From a virus (lineage: Duplodnaviria > Caudoviricetes): a stretch of 26,508 bases of DNA. The DNA lies in IMG/VR virus record IMGVR_UViG_3300017722_003065, positions 1 to 26,508 of that record. One strand, written 5' to 3'. Both the position numbers and the translations under genes were made by a program. Positions 16,644-24,596 of this stretch are shown here, piece by piece. Each line of letters begins with the position of its first letter. Position 1 is the first letter of the stretch. A model generated the notes under the pieces. It did not search any database. It saw nothing but the letters and a program-made list of their open reading frames with translations, and was not told where the DNA came from.

Positions 16644-19078
16644 AAATCAATGACTTTAAAACTGCAAAGAAGCCTCGCGTCAAAGAAGCCATTGATCCTG
16701 AGTTTGCTGCCAAAAAACGTGGCATGGGATACTTTGATTACAGCACGTTGAAGCGCGAAGACTTCAACGATGACGACTGGTATGTATGGGATCCAGAGCA
16801 ACAACAGTTCGTGGCCAGCTACGGTGCCCGGAGTTCGACTGCCTTGGATTTTAGAATGCGAGAAAATTTCGGTGGCACATATAAAATGCCCGATGGCAGA
16901 ATAGCCATGCGCGGAATGCGGGCTAAATTTATGCCCGGCATTGAAAGCCGAAATAACGACAATCTTGACGAAGCCGCCAAGACTCTGCAGATGATCGAGG
17001 GCTGGGAAGAATTCAAAGAAACTGCTCCGGCATTGAAAGAAGTTCGCCGCCGTCGCCAAACCAACGAGAGTATAGAAGAAGCCACAGGTGATCCAAAGTT
17101 TGACAAGATGCTCAAAGGTATCACAGGTAAAAGACAAGTAGCCAAACAACAAAAAGCAGATACCAAACAACAGGCACGTGATGCTTTTGGTAGTATGTTT
17201 GGTGGAGGTAATCCTGCTGATAAGCTCAGCATCAGAAACAAAGGTGTGGCAGAAGGCAAGAAAAAGAGAAAGAAAAAATCTTCAAGGGCATTGAGCAGAT
17301 ATTTCTTCCCAGGCTACGGCTATTATGGCGGCGGTGAATCTGGTGAGGGTGGCGGCGAAGGCGGTGGTGAAAGCATCAACCCACGCCAGGCAGAAGATTC
17401 TGATCTAGATGAAAATCTAAGAAATTGGTTCAAAGAAAAGTGGGTGAGATTTGGCCCTGATGGCAAGATTCGCGGCGACTGTGCCAGAGGCAGTGAATCC
17501 GAAGGCAAGCCTAAATGTTTACCACAGTCCAAAGCACATGCTCTGGGCAAAAAAGGCCGTGCATCGGCTGCAGCCCGCAAGCGCAGAGAAGATCCCAACG
17601 CCAATCGTACAGGTGCTGCAATAAATGTTGCCACCAAAAAGAAAACCAACGAAGTTCAACTTGACGAGAAATGCTGGGATACCTACAAACAGGTGGGCAT
17701 GAAGAAAAAAGGCAGTCGCATGGTTCCCAACTGTGTGCCAAAAGAAAGCCAAGAAAAAACACAGCAGTGTCCTGAGTGTGGTGGTTCAATGTATCCAGAC
17801 ACAATGCTAAATGAAAAGAAAGATGCCTGTTACTACAAAGTAAAAGCATCGGCCAAGGTATGGCCCAGTGCTTATGCATCAGGACGTCTAGTACAGTGTC
17901 GCAAACGCGGTGCTGCCAACTATGGCAAGAAAAATGAAAGTGTAGCAGAAGACACGCTGGATGAAAAGTGGAGTAAGAAATACAAAAGCAGCATTGACTG
18001 CAACAACCCCAAAGGATTTAGTCAACGAGCACATTGTGCTGGCCGTCGGAAAAATGAAGATGTTACGGAAGAAAGCAATACCAATGACGACGAATTGTTT
18101 GGACCGCGAGCAGTGACTGGTACATTATTAGATAGACAGGCTCTAAACGTTGCCAAAAAACTGACTACAGATAAGAACCTGGCAAAGTTAAATAATATGG
18201 CCAATGATAGCACCATTTATCGTGCGTTAGAACGTTATTTTTCTAAAAACAATATTTCCACAAGAATCTTTAATCGTGTCGCTGCTATTGTGTTTAAAAA
18301 ACTGGACAAGTATGGTCGTAGATTATCCACTGACCCAAGAATACAACAAGGTATGGCCGAGGATGACAAAGACAATGCCACAACAGCCAAGAAGCCCGGC
18401 TTTATAGACAACGTCAAACAAGGGGCCGAAGACTACAAAGATCTCTGGATGATGGGCGCAACTGGTCGCACACCTGAACGTTGGAAAAACTCAGCTGAAA
18501 AAGCAGCCGAGCGCGGATCCGCACCAGGTCCACAGTTTCCTTTGAAAGAAGGTCGTATGAAGGAAATTGCCATTGAATTTCAAGACTACAAACATCTACC
18601 TGACATGGCTTTTCAAAGCCGATACAAAATCAGCAAACGTGACTGGTGGAACAAGCACGCCAAACTGGTACAGGGATCAGGCCTAGGCATTGGCATGGAC
18701 GAAGCCCGTGGCAAAGTCAAAGCCAAGATTGTTTATCCCCGGCCCACTAGAGCTGAACGTGAACACGACCGTATTCGCAAAGAACGAGGGTTGCCCAATC
18801 CCAGCCACTACAAAACACTGGGCGATAAACTGGATAAAGAGCTTGCAGCCTTGCGCGGTGATGATGTCACCGAGGCTCACGTTGATGCTGATGAACTGGT
18901 TGATGTCTATATCAAAGGGCAACACAAAGGCCGCAGTATTAGAATCCCAGTGGCAAAAAACTTTCCCAACAAACACGTTGATTTACTGACACAGCGTCTC
19001 AAATCCCGTGGCATAAACCCGCATGCCATTGTGTATGGGCCAACCACAAGAAAAGTTGCCGAAGACACTGATCAATGA
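16640..19078 (+). CDS. 812-aa polyprotein of short, mostly basic modules separated by x-x-E sites; putative virion internal protein
   Basis: More than 15 sites such as VKE, LDE (four times), IEE, VAE (three times), LNE, MAE, LKE, MDE and VTE. Several K/R-rich two-Cys modules. Contains both GVAEG and DDELFG linkers. Confidence 0.8.
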   Translation: MKINDFKTAKKPRVKEAIDPEFAAKKRGMGYFDYSTLKREDFNDDDWYVWDPEQQQFVASYGARSSTALDFRMRENFGGTYKMPDGRIAMRGMRAKFMPGIESRNNDNLDEAAKTLQMIEGWEEFKETAPALKEVRRRRQTNESIEEATGDPKFDKMLKGITGKRQVAKQQKADTKQQARDAFGSMFGGGNPADKLSIRNKGVAEGKKKRKKKSSRALSRYFFPGYGYYGGGESGEGGGEGGGESINPRQAEDSDLDENLRNWFKEKWVRFGPDGKIRGDCARGSESEGKPKCLPQSKAHALGKKGRASAAARKRREDPNANRTGAAINVATKKKTNEVQLDEKCWDTYKQVGMKKKGSRMVPNCVPKESQEKTQQCPECGGSMYPDTMLNEKKDACYYKVKASAKVWPSAYASGRLVQCRKRGAANYGKKNESVAEDTLDEKWSKKYKSSIDCNNPKGFSQRAHCAGRRKNEDVTEESNTNDDELFGPRAVTGTLLDRQALNVAKKLTTDKNLAKLNNMANDSTIYRALERYFSKNNISTRIFNRVAAIVFKKLDKYGRRLSTDPRIQQGMAEDDKDNATTAKKPGFIDNVKQGAEDYKDLWMMGATGRTPERWKNSAEKAAERGSAPGPQFPLKEGRMKEIAIEFQDYKHLPDMAFQSRYKISKRDWWNKHAKLVQGSGLGIGMDEARGKVKAKIVYPRPTRAEREHDRIRKERGLPNPSHYKTLGDKLDKELAALRGDDVTEAHVDADELVDVYIKGQHKGRSIRIPVAKNFPNKHVDLLTQRLKSRGINPHAIVYGPTTRKVAEDTDQ
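18071..18118 (+). repeat. 48-nt dispersed repeat, copy 2 (copy 1 at 7464-7511)
   Basis: Encodes ESNTNDDELFGPRAVT versus ESDTSDNELFGPRAVT. The flanks are unrelated. Confidence 0.9.
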
Positions 19079-19212
19079 ACACCTACACATTCAACACCAT
19101 CATTGGAGAAGACAGCGATGGCGATCCAGTGTATCAAGAGTTTGTAATTGAAGCTGAAAATTTTGCCGAAGCCAGATACAAACTTGCTGAACTGATTGAA
19201 CAACCCAAGTAA
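19075..19212 (+). CDS. Small acidic hypothetical protein (45 aa) not in the ORF track
   Basis: MNTYTFNTIIGEDSDGDPVYQEFVIEAENFAEARYKLAELIEQPK*. ATGA overlap with the upstream stop, and it fills the gap exactly. Confidence 0.65.
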   Translation: MNTYTFNTIIGEDSDGDPVYQEFVIEAENFAEARYKLAELIEQPK

Positions 19213-19293
19213 CCACCTTAGGACCGCTAAGGTACGGTGGGCGGCTGCTGCCAGAAGTCAAGGATTCGCTACCCTTTGATGACAAAGTGAGCA
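19213..19293 (+). ncRNA. Candidate structured RNA, family unassigned
   Basis: GC-richer intergenic segment with hairpin ACCTTAG-gaccg-CTAAGGT, hairpin TCAAGG-attcgctacc-CTTTGA and possible GCTGCT/AGTGAGC closing pairing. Confidence 0.5.
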
Positions 19294-19294
19294 C

Positions 19295-19300
19295 TAAATA
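19295..19300 (+). promoter_or_regulatory. Late-promoter-like TAAATA (cTAAATA)
   Basis: Lies 18 nt upstream of the ATG at 19319, which has an AGGA SD. Confidence 0.6.
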
Positions 19301-19318
19301 TAGTTTTGGATCAGGATC

Positions 19319-19720
19319 ATGGACATCAATGAAATAATTGCAGAAGACTGGCAGAAGACCAACAAACGAGATAAAACCGATGGTATGAGCTCAAAAGCAG
19401 TCAAGGCCTATCGTCGTGAGAATCCAGGTTCAAAACTCAAAACCGCTGTGACAACCAAACCCAGCAAGCTCAAAAAAGGCAGCAAATCGGCCAAGCGTCG
19501 CAAGAGTTTTTGCGCTCGTATGAGTGGAATGAAAAAATCTCGTGCCAGTGCCAAAACAAAGAGAGACCCCAACAGCCCAATCAACAAAGCTCTACGTCGC
19601 TGGAACTGCGAGAGTATTGAACAAGTGGTGCAAATGGTTGAAATGAAGCTCAGTCAGATTGAACATTTGAAAAAAATAATAACAGAGTCAAATGCTGCAA
19701 ATCAGAGAACTCGATCTTGA
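19319..19720 (+). CDS. Highly basic small protein with CTS-like leader; putative virion internal protein
   Basis: MDINEIIAE leader and a K/R-rich core with RRKSFCARM...ALRRWNC. Confidence 0.75.
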   Translation: MDINEIIAEDWQKTNKRDKTDGMSSKAVKAYRRENPGSKLKTAVTTKPSKLKKGSKSAKRRKSFCARMSGMKKSRASAKTKRDPNSPINKALRRWNCESIEQVVQMVEMKLSQIEHLKKIITESNAANQRTRS

Positions 19721-19910
19721 CTCCAAGCATGTGGTAACAAACAATGTTGGATTGATTTTGATTTACACCACCAATGGATACTTGGCCACAATTGTTAATT
19801 CTTTTACACCAACTCTTGATCCCAATCTTCGTTTGAATGTAGGCGGCGATCCAGGTACCCGTAAGTCTAATCCACAGATCTTTCATCACGTTCGACGATA
19901 TCAGCGTTGA
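19692..19910 (+). CDS. Hypothetical protein (72 aa)
   Basis: Fills the gap before the sigma70 promoter and has AGAG upstream. No recognisable motif. Confidence 0.55.
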   Translation: MLQIRELDLDSKHVVTNNVGLILIYTTNGYLATIVNSFTPTLDPNLRLNVGGDPGTRKSNPQIFHHVRRYQR

Positions 19911-19935
19911 CAACAATAGTTTTTTAATGTACAAT
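19907..19935 (+). promoter_or_regulatory. Sigma70-type (early/middle) promoter
   Basis: TTGACA (19907-19912), 17-nt spacer, TACAAT (19930-19935), then GGAG and the ATG at 19954. Confidence 0.85.
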
Positions 19936-19953
19936 TGTTTTTTTGGAGACTAT

Positions 19954-20214
19954 ATGGATCAACGTAACTTCACTGCCGAGCAAAAGGCCAAACTCATACA
20001 ACTCATCAATGAAGGTATGCAAGTGATGATGGAAGTTGAAACACTCAATGGTGGGCTCAGCGACACCGTCAAAGCAATTGCCGAAGAACTTGAAATCAAA
20101 CCCAATGTACTGAAGAAAGCCATTAGACTGGCACACAAGGCTGAATTTGGTAAAGAGCAACAAGACCATGCGTTGTTGGAAACTATCTTGACAACTGTTG
20201 GCAAGACACTGTAA
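19954..20214 (+). CDS. Small helical dsDNA-binding protein (T4 DsbA/GapR-like)
   Basis: 86 aa. KAIAEELEIKPNVLKKAIRLAHK follows a coiled-coil helix. SD-supported start immediately upstream of the polymerase. Confidence 0.6.
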   Translation: MDQRNFTAEQKAKLIQLINEGMQVMMEVETLNGGLSDTVKAIAEELEIKPNVLKKAIRLAHKAEFGKEQQDHALLETILTTVGKTL

Positions 20215-20222
20215 AATAAACA

Positions 20223-22889
20223 ATGAGCTATATAGACGCATTGTTTGATCGTGAACGCGATCGTGTTCATGTAGTTGAACGTCTCAACGGCGAACGCCGA
20301 TATCAAGAATATCCGGCCAACTACATTTTTTATTATGATGACCCGCGTGGAAAGTTTCAAAGCATCTATGGCACACCCGTGTCTAGATTTTCCACACGCA
20401 GCAACAAGGAGTTTCGCAAGGAACTGCGTATTCAAAACGGCAAACGATTCTATGAGTCTGATATCAATCCGGTGTTTCGTTGTCTAGCAGACAACTACAA
20501 AGGACAGGATGCACCTCGTGTACATGCTGCATTTTTTGACATTGAGGTTGACTTTGATCCTGAAAAAGGCTACAGTCGGCCCGATGATCCTTTCAACGCC
20601 ATCACTGCCATCAGTGTCTATTTGAGCTGGCTTGACCAACTGGTGACCATGGCAGTGCCGCCGCGACACATGAGTTGGGAAACAGCACAAGAACAAGTGG
20701 CCGAGTTTGACAACTGTTATTTGTTTCGCAGTGAAGCAGAAATGCTGTCGATGTTTTTAGATCTCATTGACGATGCAGATGTGTTGAGTGGCTGGAACAG
20801 TGAAGGTTATGACATTCCCTACACAGTAAATCGTGTGACAAGAGTTCTCAGCAAAGACGACACACGCAAGTTTTGCCTCTGGGGGCAATTCCCAAAGTCC
20901 CGAACATTTGAACGCTTTGGTGCAGAGAACATTACATTTGATCTTGTGGGTCGTGTACACATGGACTATATGCAACTGTATCGCAAGTACACCTATGAAG
21001 AACGACACAGTTACAGCCTTGATGCTATTCTTGAATATGAAGAGCTAGGATCAAAGACCAAGTATGAAGGCACGTTGGATCAACTGTACAATCAAGATTT
21101 CAAAACATTTATTGAATACAATCGACAAGACGTCAATGGTCTTGCTGCCATTGATAAAAAGCTGAGATTTCTAGATTTGGCCAATACCCTGGCACATGAA
21201 AATACTGTGTTGCTACAGACCACCATGGGTGCTGTGGCAGTTACAGAACAGGCAATCATCAACGAAGCGCATGAACGTGGTATGGTAGTACCTAACCGTA
21301 GAGAAAGGCTCACAGATGAAGAGACACAAGCCGCAGGTGCCTACGTTGCTTATCCCAAAAAAGGTCTTCACGACTGGGTCGGATCAATTGACATTAACTC
21401 GCTGTACCCTTCGGCAATCCGTGCTCTTAACATGGCGCCCGAAACAATCATTGGGCAGCTGAGACCACACATGACCGACCACTACATTGCAGAAAAAACG
21501 CAAGGTGGTGCAAGTTTTGCAGCGGCCTGGGAAGGGCTGTTTGGTACATTAGAATACACGGCTGTGATGGAACAACAGCGTGGCACTGAAATTACCATCG
21601 ACTGGGAAAGTGGTGAGGAAACTGTGCATTCAGGAGCCGAGGTCTGGCGCATGATGTTTGACTCAAATCAGCCCTGGATGATCAGCGCCAATGGTACTAT
21701 ATTCACATATGAGTCTGAAGGAGTGATACCTGGACTACTCAAACGCTGGTATGCTGAACGTAAAGAAATGCAAAAGAAAGCACATGAGTTTGAAGGGCAA
21801 GACAATGCACAATTTGAATACTGGGACAAACGGCAGTTGGTTAAGAAAATTAATCTCAATAGTTTGTATGGTGCTATTCTCAATCCTGGTTGTAGATTTT
21901 TTGATAAACGAATTGGTCAATCAACCACGCTCACTGGACGAGCCATTGCAAAACACATGGATGCATACGTCAACGAATGTCTCACAGGAAAGTATGATCA
22001 CACCGGTGAAACTATCATCTACGGTGACACAGACTCATGTTATTTTTCAGCATGGCCAGTGCTGAAAAATGAAGTTGAAGAAGGCCGCATGGAATGGAAC
22101 AAAGACACATGCATTGCTTTGTACAATGGCATTGCTGATCAGGTCAATGATAGTTTCCCAGGTTTCATGGAAACAGCATTTCATGTGCCGCGTGACATGG
22201 GCGAAGTGATACGTGGCGGTCGTGAACTTGTGGCTATCAAAGGCCTGTTTATCACAAAGAAACGCTATGCCGTGTTGTATATTGACAAAGAGAACAAACG
22301 CACAGATGTCAATGGAAAACCTGGCAAAGTCAAGGTCATGGGCTTGGATCTCAAACGTAGCGATACCCCCAAGGTAATCCAAGATTTTTTACTGGATGTG
22401 CTCAATGATGTGTTGACTGGCAGCAGTCGTGATCACATAGTTGAAAAGATCAAAGAGTTCAAATACCTGTTCAAAGAACGACCAGGCTGGGAGAAAGGTT
22501 CGCCCAAACGTGTAAATAATCTCACCAAGTATGCCAAAGCCGAAGAGCGTGAGGGTAAAACCAACATGCCTGGACATGTACGTGCTGCAATGAATTGGAA
22601 CATCATGCGGCGCATGCACTCCGACAACTACAGTATGCAAATCATGGACGGACAAAAAGTCATTGTATGCAAACTCAAAGGCAACGCCCTAGGCTGGACA
22701 TCAATTGCCTATCCCACTGATGAGTTGCATTTGCCCACATGGTTCAAAGAACTACCATTTGATGACAGTGAAATGGAGTCCACCGTGATTGGAGCTAAGA
22801 TAGATAATTTATTGGGTGTGTTGGACTGGGATCTTACTGCTGCCACCAACACAGAAAATACATTTCAAAGTTTGTTTACGTTTGAATGA
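20223..22889 (+). CDS. polB: Family B DNA polymerase with 3'-5' exonuclease (T4 gp43-like)
   Basis: ExoI FDIEV, ExoII GWNSEGYDIPY, ExoIII YNRQD, motif A DINSLYPS, motif B KKINLNSLYG, motif C YGDTDS, and KKRYA. Confidence 0.97.
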   Translation: MSYIDALFDRERDRVHVVERLNGERRYQEYPANYIFYYDDPRGKFQSIYGTPVSRFSTRSNKEFRKELRIQNGKRFYESDINPVFRCLADNYKGQDAPRVHAAFFDIEVDFDPEKGYSRPDDPFNAITAISVYLSWLDQLVTMAVPPRHMSWETAQEQVAEFDNCYLFRSEAEMLSMFLDLIDDADVLSGWNSEGYDIPYTVNRVTRVLSKDDTRKFCLWGQFPKSRTFERFGAENITFDLVGRVHMDYMQLYRKYTYEERHSYSLDAILEYEELGSKTKYEGTLDQLYNQDFKTFIEYNRQDVNGLAAIDKKLRFLDLANTLAHENTVLLQTTMGAVAVTEQAIINEAHERGMVVPNRRERLTDEETQAAGAYVAYPKKGLHDWVGSIDINSLYPSAIRALNMAPETIIGQLRPHMTDHYIAEKTQGGASFAAAWEGLFGTLEYTAVMEQQRGTEITIDWESGEETVHSGAEVWRMMFDSNQPWMISANGTIFTYESEGVIPGLLKRWYAERKEMQKKAHEFEGQDNAQFEYWDKRQLVKKINLNSLYGAILNPGCRFFDKRIGQSTTLTGRAIAKHMDAYVNECLTGKYDHTGETIIYGDTDSCYFSAWPVLKNEVEEGRMEWNKDTCIALYNGIADQVNDSFPGFMETAFHVPRDMGEVIRGGRELVAIKGLFITKKRYAVLYIDKENKRTDVNGKPGKVKVMGLDLKRSDTPKVIQDFLLDVLNDVLTGSSRDHIVEKIKEFKYLFKERPGWEKGSPKRVNNLTKYAKAEEREGKTNMPGHVRAAMNWNIMRRMHSDNYSMQIMDGQKVIVCKLKGNALGWTSIAYPTDELHLPTWFKELPFDDSEMESTVIGAKIDNLLGVLDWDLTAATNTENTFQSLFTFE

Positions 22890-23824
22890 AAATAAGTCAT
22901 ATTCTTCAATCCCGTGATCGCCTGCAGCAGACTTTGCAATTGACCGAACACAATTCTGCTTTTGAAAATTACTTTCAATCAGTGTTTTCGGCGTTTGTGG
23001 ATATCTCCTTCTTGCGGGACAAGTTCGAATCAACTATACAGAGCAATGCCACTCAGTGGCGCAGTGCCACAACAGTTATTGAAAACAATCTTAACCTTGG
23101 TGTAGAAGAATGTAACCGACTCATAGTGGAACACGAGACTCCGCTGTTTGATGTCAGCAGAAAATTCTACGCAGACATGTATCACAATGAAACTGATTTT
23201 GTCACGTTGACCCGGAGCCTTGGTACGCCTGACAAATTGTATGATGAAATTTTTACTAGAATTGGAAAGTACAGCAGTTGGGAGTATCCTGCATTGTTGA
23301 TTAGGCCTGGCAATGAAACTGTTGTGGAGAGATTGGTTGCCAGCGATCCACTGTATTTGATGGATCAGCGATTGTCATTATTGCAGCCAAGTCTTGATAA
23401 ATTTCCGCCGGAATATCAGCGTAGGTTGAGAACTTACACAGTGGAAGAAGGATGTCGATTGATGGATCACTTGCCAAGCCGACAATTTAATCTAGTGGTT
23501 GCTTATAACTTTTTAAACTACCGGCCAATAGATGTATTGCAGCAATATATCACTGAAGTGTTTGAAAAATTACGCCCAGGTGGAATTTTTGGATTCACAT
23601 TCAATGACTGCGAGCATGTGGCAGCCACACAACTGGCTGAAAACAGTTTTGCATGTTATACTCCGGGCCGACTGGTGTTGGCTCATGCCCAACAGACAGG
23701 GTTCCGGGTGATCTCACAGGACAGTGATGGACATCATTTTCACTGGTTAGAATTACAAAAACCCGGAACTCTATCCTCTCTAAGAGGCGGACAAACTCTG
23801 GCAAAAATAATGCCAAAATACTAG
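22886..23824 (+). CDS. Class I SAM-dependent methyltransferase-like protein with N-terminal helical region
   Basis: FNLVVAYNFLNY and VFEKLRPGGIFGFTF match the later Rossmann MTase motifs. Motif I is degenerate (LIRPG). Confidence 0.6.
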   Translation: MKISHILQSRDRLQQTLQLTEHNSAFENYFQSVFSAFVDISFLRDKFESTIQSNATQWRSATTVIENNLNLGVEECNRLIVEHETPLFDVSRKFYADMYHNETDFVTLTRSLGTPDKLYDEIFTRIGKYSSWEYPALLIRPGNETVVERLVASDPLYLMDQRLSLLQPSLDKFPPEYQRRLRTYTVEEGCRLMDHLPSRQFNLVVAYNFLNYRPIDVLQQYITEVFEKLRPGGIFGFTFNDCEHVAATQLAENSFACYTPGRLVLAHAQQTGFRVISQDSDGHHFHWLELQKPGTLSSLRGGQTLAKIMPKY

Positions 23825-23831
23825 CACGATC

Positions 23832-23850
23832 TAAATAAACCTGTTACAAT
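23832..23850 (+). promoter_or_regulatory. TAAATA box plus extended -10 (TGnTACAAT)
   Basis: TAAATA at 23832-23837 and TGTTACAAT at 23842-23850, upstream of GGAG and the ATG at 23874. Confidence 0.55.
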
Positions 23851-23873
23851 TGCAACTTAATGGAGAAACACAC

Positions 23874-24596
23874 ATGAAAGATCATTTACTTGATTTAGTG
23901 GAACACACCCATGACCTTGGATGCATTGCTTTGATCAAGATCACGGGCACTGACAAAGAAACAACTATCGTAGGCTGTGCTGAAAAACGAGAGGCAGTGC
24001 TGCAAGCGCGATATCATACACCAGTGGCAGAGTTCATTGGTACATTTGGTATGCCTAACTTGGGGAAGTTAAAAATTCTTTTAAACTTGCCTGAGTACAA
24101 AGAAAATGCAAAAATTACCTTGACAAAAGATCAGGCCGGTGCCACAGATGGCTTGCTGTTTGAAAACACAGCCGGGGATTTTCACAACAACTTTAGATTC
24201 ATGTCAGCAGAAATTGTCAACGGAATTCTCAAGGACATGAAGTTCAACGAACCCACATGGCATGTGGAATTCGAGCCCAGTGTCGCTGGTATCCAAAAAC
24301 TCAAGATGCAGGCACAGGCCAATGCCGAAGAAACATTGTTTAATGCCAAGACAGAAAACGGTGATTTAAAGTTCTTCTTTGGTGATCATTCAACACATGC
24401 TGGTAACTTTGTGTTTCATCCTGGCGTGTCAGGTCAAATCAAACGCCCATGGGCATGGCCAGTCAAAGAAGTAATTTCAATAATGAACTTAACTGGAGAC
24501 AAGACTATGCGTATCAGTGATGATGGTGCTGCTGATATTAGAGTTGACTCTGGCATTGCTGTTTATCGTTACATTATACCTGCACAAACAAAATGA
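23874..24596 (+). CDS. Probable DNA polymerase sliding clamp (gp45/PCNA-like)
   Basis: 240 aa with a two-fold alternating helix/strand pattern ending in ..IRVDSGIAVYRYIIPA, near PolB. GGAG SD. Function is inferred from size, pattern and context only. Confidence 0.55.
   Translation: MKDHLLDLVEHTHDLGCIALIKITGTDKETTIVGCAEKREAVLQARYHTPVAEFIGTFGMPNLGKLKILLNLPEYKENAKITLTKDQAGATDGLLFENTAGDFHNNFRFMSAEIVNGILKDMKFNEPTWHVEFEPSVAGIQKLKMQAQANAEETLFNAKTENGDLKFFFGDHSTHAGNFVFHPGVSGQIKRPWAWPVKEVISIMNLTGDKTMRISDDGAADIRVDSGIAVYRYIIPAQTK

Noticed and set aside
17326-17374. GGGESGEGGGEGGGES low-complexity repeat as a separate element
   Set aside because: It is a short in-frame Gly/Glu linker at a module end and shows no evidence of an independent function.
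19214-19240. Rho-independent terminator
   Set aside because: The hairpin has no following U-tract on either strand and is part of a larger structured segment.
21430-21700. Intein or intron in the DNA polymerase
   Set aside because: The segment between motifs A and B is only ~90 aa, lacks intein C/S start and HN-C/S/T end motifs, and the frame is continuous.
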